Assembly (NCBI GenBank): GCA_964016885.1
Contig: OZ024742.1
Coordinates: 274,908,001-274,972,000, forward strand
Source: Eledone cirrhosa
Lineage: Eukaryota
Direction: 5' to 3'
DNA length: 64,000 bases
Both the position numbers and the translations under genes were made by a program. This document shows, one piece after another, positions 56,208 through 64,000 of this stretch. The notes under the pieces were generated by a model. It was not told the DNA's origin and made no database searches. It saw nothing but the letters and a program-made list of their open reading frames with translations. Positions within the stretch are counted from its first letter, which is position 1; every line of letters begins with the position of its first letter.

Positions 56208-56702
56208 CTTAATTCTAGGTACTATGGTTTTACATAGTAAGTTAAGAGTGAGAGTTGGGAATAAAAATTAAAATTAAGGTTAAAATCCTAAATCAAATGT
56301 TCTTTTCTTTTCTTTTGTGTACTTTTTGTCTGTTTTTCTTTGACTCTGTTCCATGTGATGGAAAGTATGACCGTGTAACGGATTGACTAATGCCCTGAAC
56401 CACGTGGTTTGCCCTCCGTTATAAGGTCCGGCACTGCCGTTCAATATCTGTAACACTAGAATCCCTCCCAGAACATATTACTTAAACATCTCTCTCCATA
56501 TTATTTACTCACTTCAATGTATATCTTTACTTAATCCGAATTATCACTTGAAAAATTTTTGAATTTAGAATTTTTGAATTCTTTATTGTTTAATTTATAA
56601 TTTCTGATATTTGATTTAGGATTTTAACCTTTAATTTTAATTTTTATTCCCAACTCTCACTCTTAACTTACTATGTAAAACCATAGTACCTAGAATTAAG
56701 TT
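56206..56702. repeat. About 93-bp inverted repeat pair (56206-56298 / 56609-56702)
   Basis: AACTTAATTCTAGGTACTATGG..ATCCTAAATCAAAT and its reverse complement; abuts (TA)n. Confidence 0.85.
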
Positions 56703-57052
56703 TATTTTATCTTATGAGTTGATGGTCAGTCTTACTGTCAACGCTTAGTGAAAGGTAGTATTATGACCTATAAAAACTAACACCCTCCCATCCCCTCTGG
56801 CTTTCGGCTGACTGCCACAGTAGCGATGGTAGCAGTAAACTTTGGCAAGGCATAGGTGGGCCACTGACAGCGAATTTCGTTGAAATCTGCGGTGCTAATG
56901 GTCAACTTCCTTCGGACATGCGCTTGCGCAGACCGGTGGGGGTGAATTGGTACTCACAAGGGAACGGATGAAAAACCCAAAAGCACGAACTTCATCCGTT
57001 CCCATGTCGATTCAATTTGGATTGCCTCGGAAACAACCTTATTATGTAACAA

Positions 57053-57126
57053 GCTGTCTGATGATGTCACGACACTCGCACACAGAACAGTGTGGCCAGT
57101 GTCGTCATTGAAATATATATCACAGC
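57053..57126 (+). ncRNA. Type I hammerhead ribozyme, apparently intact
   Basis: GCTGT-CTGATGA-TGTCACGACACT..AGTGTCGTCATT-GAA-ATATATAT-C^ACAGC. Confidence 0.85.
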
Positions 57127-57175
57127 ATTATTATTAAAGGACTTGAACATCTGAAACTACTTCGCTTTTACTTAT

Positions 57176-57243
<68 letters not shown>

Positions 57244-57593
57244 TGTGTGTGTGTATATCTATAACGAAGGAAGTGTGGTAAGGAACCAGGTAGACCATAC
57301 CGCACCAGAGTACTCGATACTATGGGTAGTAGAGTGGGTAATAGGAAGACTCTGTTCAGATCTAGCTGTTGAAAGGGCTGGAGCTGAGCCGTCGGGGTCC
57401 TGACTCTTTTCACATATATATATATATATATATGTAAGAATATTTTCGAAACAGCGAGCGAGTTTGAAATTATAAATATAAGCTATCGCCGTATTTTGAC
57501 TAAAGAAATTAAAGAAATTATTTAGCCTGATAGTGGGGTTAAGAAATACGGCGATAGCTTATATTTATAATTTATAATTTATATTTATAATTA

Positions 57594-57716
57594 CGACCCC
57601 GTAAGGATGAAAGGCAAAGTTAATTTCGGCGGGATTTGAGCTCAGATCATAAACGGTCGTAACTCTCTCCTGCAAAGCATGGCGTACGATCCACTACCGA
57701 TACTGCCAATCCACCC
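57594..57716 (-). mobile_element. SINE 5' part
   Basis: GACCCCGTAAGGATGAAAGGCAAAG..GATACTGCCAATCCACC. Confidence 0.85.
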
Positions 57717-57929
57717 ACAAATAATGCTTTCTAGTTGACTAAAATATCCAATTTCCCTGATATACAAAGTATTCAGGAAATCAAAGTATATTTCTAGACC
57801 AGGTAGTCGGACCTAACCATTTACTCAAAATATACTGCTTCTTGTGGGGACAACCGCCAAAGCAGCCAAGCCATGCGTTGAGTTAGTGCTTATCTGAAGC
57901 TAATTGTGAGATTATATACCATTTTTCAG

Positions 57930-58430
57930 AATTACAATGTCGACAAAATTTCGCCCCATTCACGAAGGCGGTAGATCTTTTGAAAATCATCCATTCGATG
58001 GAAAAAGGCGTGTCGTTGCTCTTAAGGCTACATATGTGATTTGCGAGCTGGGTAGCATGTTTTTTGTCGGTTTATTTAAATGTTGCTTCGTGATTCCTGT
58101 ACTGATTATTAAACCAGATCTCGGACATACCAACATAGTGTCAAGTGTCAGTGTGGTGGTTCTGGTTGGTGGAAGTAACTTCTGCGTGTTATATCACTAC
58201 CGTGTTGCATTGTCGGTCTAGTGGACATTTTTCAGGTTTTCTACATGAGCATCCGTACAGTGCAGGGCTTTGCTGTATATTGTAAATACATTCAAAGTAT
58301 TTTTATTTTATTTTTTATTCAAGCTGGAATGTGCTCTCTCAAGACTTACTTCTTTTGGTGTTACATTTTTATTATAAAAAAAAACCCTTTTCTAAATTAT
58401 CTGCCCTTATTTAAACTCTTATGATATATT
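57930..58430 (-). mobile_element. Highly decayed Naiad GIY-YIG fragment
   Basis: KCPLDRQCNTVVI..HYVGMSE..YRNHEATF on the minus strand. Confidence 0.6.
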
Positions 58431-58526
58431 CCTAAAAGAAAAGCACAATCAACCCTGGGCGGCCATCTTTCACTGAGTGGGGCCCAGAACCCAGCATTGC
58501 TTGTGTACCTATTTATGTCACTGTTG

Positions 58527-58584
<58 letters not shown>

Positions 58585-58883
58585 TCAGAATGAAAAGATC
58601 CTGGTGTCTTTATTGACAGTGGATTTGAAAAACAAAAATATAACAGATATGAAAGTGAGGCTGGAGGGAAAAAAAAGGGGGGGGGGGATAATAAATAAGA
58701 ATATATAACAACAAACACGTACACACACACACACGCACACACACTCACATATACACACATATATACATATATATATATACATATATACACGCATATATAC
58801 ACATATATATACACAGAGACACATATACACACACATGCATGTATATTTATATATATATATCCATACATAAATACACCAACACA

Positions 58884-58915
<32 letters not shown>

Positions 58916-58931
58916 CATATATATATACATG

Positions 58932-58977
<46 letters not shown>

Positions 58978-59424
58978 CATATATATATATACATATATAT
59001 ACATACACATACATACACACATACATACACTCATATATACACACATGCATACGTACACACATATAAAAGGATACATATGCACACACACAAATAAGAATAA
59101 ATAATCATAATAGGCCGTCACATACAAATAAGCAAATAAAAAATAAAGATTAAGAAAATAAAAAATAAAAAATATTATTAAGTTGACAGCGATACAAGAC
59201 GGCAAAATTTAAAATAAAAATAACATAATAATAATTGTTTCTACTTTTGGCACCAGGCCAGCAATTATCCCAGTGCATTACTGGTACTTTATGCACTGGG
59301 ATAATTGCTGGCCTGGTGCCAAAAGTAAAACCAATTATTTTTATTTTAAATTTTGCTGTCTTGTATCGCTGTCAACTTAATGATATTTTTTATTTTTTAT
59401 TTTCTTAATCCTTATATTTTAAAC

Positions 59425-59487
<63 letters not shown>

Positions 59488-59729
59488 TTTTCTTTATTAA
59501 CCACAAGGGTTCACATAAAGTAGACATTAAGGAGAGTACATGACAATACAGGACGGTACAAATGGGCATTTCTGCGTGTAAAAAAACAGAGGTTGAAATA
59601 AAATAACAAAGAAAAATTCCCCAATAGGGGGGAGACTTCCAAGGGACATTTGTGGAGAAAGCCCATTAAAAGAACACAGTGGCCCTGACCACCAGGGCAA
59701 GTGCCCTCTCCCAGTTTTCCACCTTTAAT

Positions 59730-62700
59730 TTACAGACACATACTCAGAGAAGGCCCATTCATTCGGGCCATACTTGCTTCTCTCACCCATCTTTCAACAA
59801 AATGCTGGGAAGAGAGCACTTCCCTCTCTACCCTGATTTTCCTTTTCAAATGAAATTTGAAAAAGTTAATCAGGGCATCACCGAAGAGGTAAGTGCTCGT
59901 CTTCAGCCCTTTCAAACGTGTCCACCATACTATCTCTTTCGCCATGGCCACCAGACAGATAAAAACTGCCTGCCCTTCCAGGCTAAAGGAAGGGGGCGGG
60001 GCAATCCTCACGATGGACTCAGCTGATAGCCGGATCCGTCCTACACGTGACAGCAGGTGTTCGACATAAACCCACAAGTCAGCAATGCTCGGACACTGGA
60101 CGAGTGCGTGCAGGACGGTTTCGTCGCCCTGCGCGCATCTCGGACATGCCCGGCTGACGGCACCTCCATGCCTGTAGAGTTTATCCCGAACTGGCAAAGC
60201 TCCTCGGTAGCACTGCCAGGCCAGGGATTTCTGGAAGTTGTCCATAGGCCCCGGCCCGAAAGTCCTTCCGAAGAGATTGGCTAGTTGATTTTCGTCGACG
60301 CCTAGAGTTTCTCCAAGTACGTCGTCATTCTTCCCCTTCACTAATCCCCTATAGAACGACAAGGTGGAGTTTCCACCGATCACATTGCCCGATTGGTCGA
60401 GGGCTGTGAGCGCCTGAAGACATTCCAGTCTCCAAGCGCTCCCTCTCGATCTTCGCTTGACCCAGGACTGCAGCTCCGTCAAGGTGACGAGCTGGGGAAA
60501 AACGTGTCTTGCAAACGGCGACCACACCTGATCACCGTCGAGGAAGAGGTGGAGATGTCGTAGCCTGAGTGCGTGTCTGCGCATCATCAGCCACGGCATG
60601 CCCAGCCCTCCACGTAGCGGGTGTTGACAGCAGATGGACCGCCTTACCATCGGAGCGAGTCCCTTCCACGAGAAGCGAAAGAGCAAACGCTCCAGCGCAG
60701 TCAGGCGGGGCTTAGGACAAGGTACGACGGTCAGGCGGTAGTAGATGACGGATGCGATGTACGCATTCGCCACCTCCGCTCGACCTTTCAGGGATAGCTT
60801 CCTCTCGGCCCATTTCTGGGTGAGAGAAGCCACCCTGCTCGTCACCTCGTCCCAGTTTTTGTCCGTCTGGAGGTCTGGACCGAACCAGACCCCTAGCAAT
60901 TTAACCGGTCCGTCCGTCCAGCGCCCGACGACGCTGTTGGACGGCATGGACCTGCCTCTCCAGGTGCCGAGCTGCAGGCACACTGACTTTTCCTGGTTGA
61001 TCATTGCTCCTGTCACCGCTTCGTATTCTCTTAGTGTAGTGCCGATCGCCTCGATGTGTTTGGCGTTCGACACCACTACGGTGACATCGTCGGCATATGC
61101 TGACACGGATCTTCCGCATCCTAGTTCGCGCGGGACCCCCCTCAACGTCTCCAGTTTGTGCAGTAATGGCTCGAGAGTCAATACGTACAATAGGGACGAG
61201 AGGGGACATCCTTGGCGGACCGAGCGCATGATGTTGAACGGTTCCGAAAGGTGACCGTTCACTCTCACTACAGAGCAGATGTCGCTGTGCATGGCAGCGA
61301 TTCAGCCTCTGAAGACGGGCCCAAAGCCAGCCGCCCTCAGGACTGCCTCTAGGTAACGATGGTCGACCCTATTGAAGGCTTTCGACTGATCTAAATTGAT
61401 CAAAGACCCACCCGTGCCAGGTTCCTTAGCTACCCTCTCTACGATGTATCGCATGAGGTGGAGGTTGTCGTGGATGGATCTGTCGGGAATGGCGCATGTC
61501 TGTGCCTCTCCCACCAGACCACCAACGACAAGCGCCAACCTCTTTGCTAGCACCTTGGCCAAAATCTTGAACTCTGTGTTTAGCAGAGTTATGGGCCTAA
61601 AATTATCTATGTTATCCCCCTTGTTCGGATCCTTTCTCAGCAGCGCCACCGCTCCTCGGCTCACAGAGCTGGGAATTCTCCCGTTCTGTTGCCAGTTGCA
61701 GTAGACGTCCGCCAAGAGGCCTCCGAACAAGTTTGGCATTTGTACGTAAAGTTCATAGGGCAGACCATCCAAACCAGGCGATTTACCCCTTGTGCAACTA
61801 GTCATTGCATCCCGTACTTCAGCGGTTGTTATCGGCTTTTCGCAACACTCCGCCTCAGTGGCCGAAAGCCGCGGCAGTCCGTCGAGGTAGACACTAAAGT
61901 CCATCCCTCGATCCGGCCCGCCACTGCCCCCGAACAGCTGAGCGAAGTGTCGCTGAAAAGCTTCACACATTTGCCCGGGATCGAGTAGCATGCGCCCGTC
62001 GTGGTCCACCAAAGACCGGATCGTGGCTTTGTTGCCACGACGCGCCTCCGCCACTCGGGCCCATTGAACGGCTTTCGTCCCCTTGTGTCTGAGAGCACGC
62101 ACCCTAGCTCTGACAACGCAGCCTTCGTGCTTTGCATTGAAGAATTGGTCAAGGGCCAATTTCGCCGCAAGTACGTCGGTCGCGATGCCTTTGCTAAGCG
62201 CCTCATCTAATTTTCTAACTAATTCTCCCTCTGCTCTATTTTTCTCTATTGCTGAAGTCTTACTAAACCTAATGGACTCTATTCTAATTGCTCTTTTCAG
62301 AGCAAACCACCACTTGTTGTTGACGATGGCCCCCGTCAACGCCCGCTTAACTAGTTCGCTAATCCGGTCTCTGTAGGCCATGCTCGCTGGTAAGGACGCG
62401 TTTAATTTCCAGTAGCCGGGTCCTCGTCTATGAAGCCTATCTAAGTCAAGCACACAGATCACGAATTTGTGGTCCGTGTAGCTGACTATCTTGAATTGTG
62501 GACAGCCTATGCTAGACCTATCTATTTCCCTACAAAATACTCTATCTAGATATGATCTGGATGACGCTATGCGATTTGTCCAAGTCCACATTGGTACATT
62601 CGGGAAATCCATTCGGTACCTGTCAGACAGTTCAAAACGTCTGAGCAGGTTGGTGAGACTCTTGCACCCTCCTTCCCTATCCACTAATCCCACACAATCC

Positions 62701-63148
62701 CAGCGTGCATCTAAGATCCCGTTCCAGTCGCCCACTAACACTAAAGAGCGGGACGTTCCAAGAAAGGTCTCCAGACGCCGGAAGAAATCAGGCCGCCCTG
62801 CTCCTGTCGGGTCATAGACGGCCACTAACCTGAAAGCTTGCCCGTCTCCGCTGGTCACGTCCAGCACCACCAACTTACCTTCTGGGTCCAGGAAGATGGC
62901 CCGTATGGCAAGATCCAAACCTCTCCGAAAAAGCACAGCAACTCCTCCCCCCGATCCCGGACGGCTGGGAGATGCGTACACATCGTAGCCGCCGGAGATC
63001 GGTGCGAAAGACTGTGCTTCGGAGATTCTGGTCTCGCTGATAGCCACTACATCTATGTTTAGTGACCTGAGGTCGTTGAGCAGGTGGCCTGCTTCCATGA
63101 CGACCCCAAGCCACGCGCATTTATGCTGCCTATTCTAAATGAGGTCAT
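59730..63148 (-). pseudogene. LINE ORF2: APE endonuclease + RT + C-terminal CCHC zinc knuckle, with one frameshift and one stop
   Basis: MTSFRIGSINARGL (ATG at 63148, shifts near 63095), ISET, GDWN, YTDH, KSPGLDG, FRPITLLN, DQSKAFNRV, in-frame TGA at 61302-61304, QGCPLS, YADD, CPRC..H..C. Confidence 0.93.
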
Positions 63149-63182
63149 GTTGAAAAGGAGTGGAAAAGATGGGAAAGACCAC

Positions 63183-64000
63183 TTACCTTACTTCTCGTAG
63201 GGAAAGGACGGCTTTTCCATCCTTTTCACTGCTTGTGGCCTCCTCAGGAAGGATGTCCTTATAAATCCTCCTGGAGAGTGCTTGTCGGAAGTCTCCGATG
63301 TCTTTGGGGAATTTTTGTTTAAGTGTCATGTACGTTTTCTGTGTGATGCGAGTGATTTGTATGTGTGGAGGTGGTGTGAATTTTGGGGTTGTTGTGTAGT
63401 CTTTTTCTGTGATGCTGGTGTTGTGTTGGATGTAGTGTAATAATTGCTTGTTGTTCAAATTTAATGCTGTGTAGTGTGTATCGTTTTGGTTGTTTTGTTT
63501 TGTTTGCGTTTGTTGTGGGTTTGTTTCTGTTTCGCATTTTGGTGACTTTTGTGGTGTAGGTGATGGTGGTGCTGGGGATAATGATGGTGATGGTGTTGGT
63601 GTTTGGGTTGATGGGGTTGGTGATGCTGGTGTGGATGGTGGCATATCTGTCCTAACTTTTTTGTTTCTTAGTTTATTTGTTTCCCCCTGTATTTTGTTTT
63701 TGGAGGTGGAAGGAAGAGAATTTTTTTCTTTTTTGGTTTCTTTTTTTTTTCCGGATATCGTTTCCCACTCCTCGTCGTCACAATCTGTCTCCAGTTGTGA
63801 TAGGCCGGGGAGTGGAAAATCCTCCACAGCCGTTAGTTTTGGTTGTGGTGTGGTGGATGGTGTAGGCGCTGGTGCTAGTTCTGAAGCGTTGGGTGGTGGT
63901 GGTGTTGGTTTTGCTGGTGGTGGTAGTGGTGTTGGTTTTGCTACTGTTGCTGGGGTTGTTGCTGTTATAGTTGCTTCTGTTGTTGCTGCTACAGTTGTTG
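63183..64000 (-). CDS. LINE ORF1 C-terminal part (Pro/Thr-rich), open to the window edge
   Basis: The frame stays open upstream of 63827 (TTVAATTEAT..PPPP..). The stop lies about 35 nt before the ORF2 ATG. Confidence 0.75.
   Translation of the reverse strand, partial: TTVAATTEATITATTPATVAKPTPLPPPAKPTPPPPNASELAPAPTPSTTPQPKLTAVEDFPLPGLSQLETDCDDEEWETISGKKKETKKEKNSLPSTSKNKIQGETNKLRNKKVRTDMPPSTPASPTPSTQTPTPSPSLSPAPPSPTPQKSPKCETETNPQQTQTKQNNQNDTHYTALNLNNKQLLHYIQHNTSITEKDYTTTPKFTPPPHIQITRITQKTYMTLKQKFPKDIGDFRQALSRRIYKDILPEEATSSEKDGKAVLSLREVR

Larger units (their letters stand above)
59426..64000 (-). mobile_element. Nearly intact L1/Tx1-type LINE (end of ORF1, ORF2, 3' UTR, (ATT)n tail)
   Basis: ORF1 and ORF2 listed below; the 3' end has AATAAA followed by (ATT)n at 59426-59486. 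Confidence 0.95.

Noticed and set aside
56385-56445. Twister-like string TAATGCC..GTTATAAG..CCGGCA
   Set aside because: P4 and the pseudoknot pairings cannot be formed.
61302-61304. In-frame TGA in LINE ORF2, aligned with TGT in the paralogue near 45075, as possible selenocysteine or readthrough
   Set aside because: The position is normally Trp in L1-type RTs, so both codons are one step from TGG. The copy also has a frameshift, and no SECIS was seen.

Overview
AT-rich, repeat-saturated eukaryotic DNA, probably from an octopod cephalopod (inferred from the tRNA-headed SINE, which resembles the abundant Octopus SINEs). No convincing intact host gene is visible apart from one candidate 54-nt exon on the minus strand. 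The window is a nested stack of retroelements inserted mostly into (TA)n or (AAT)n microsatellites: about nine Penelope-like element (PLE) remnants (Naiad-type YRDD RT with C-terminal GIY-YIG, Neptune-type, and Penelope/Poseidon-type), two L1/Tx1-type APE+RT LINEs (one nearly intact), RTE fragments, a DD37D Tc1/mariner, a hAT-like remnant, Helitrons, SINEs and a 9.3-kb (TTTTA)n array. Manual reading of both strands gives more than 15 intact or decayed type I hammerhead ribozymes (HHRs). The main find is a 3.4-copy tandem array of a 593-bp non-coding unit (34809-36814). Each full unit carries a minus-strand HHR with a covaried U3-A8 core, a long stem II and a palindromic stem III, making it a candidate retrozyme (self-cleaving, circular-RNA-forming mobile element). 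All folds were derived by eye, not computed.
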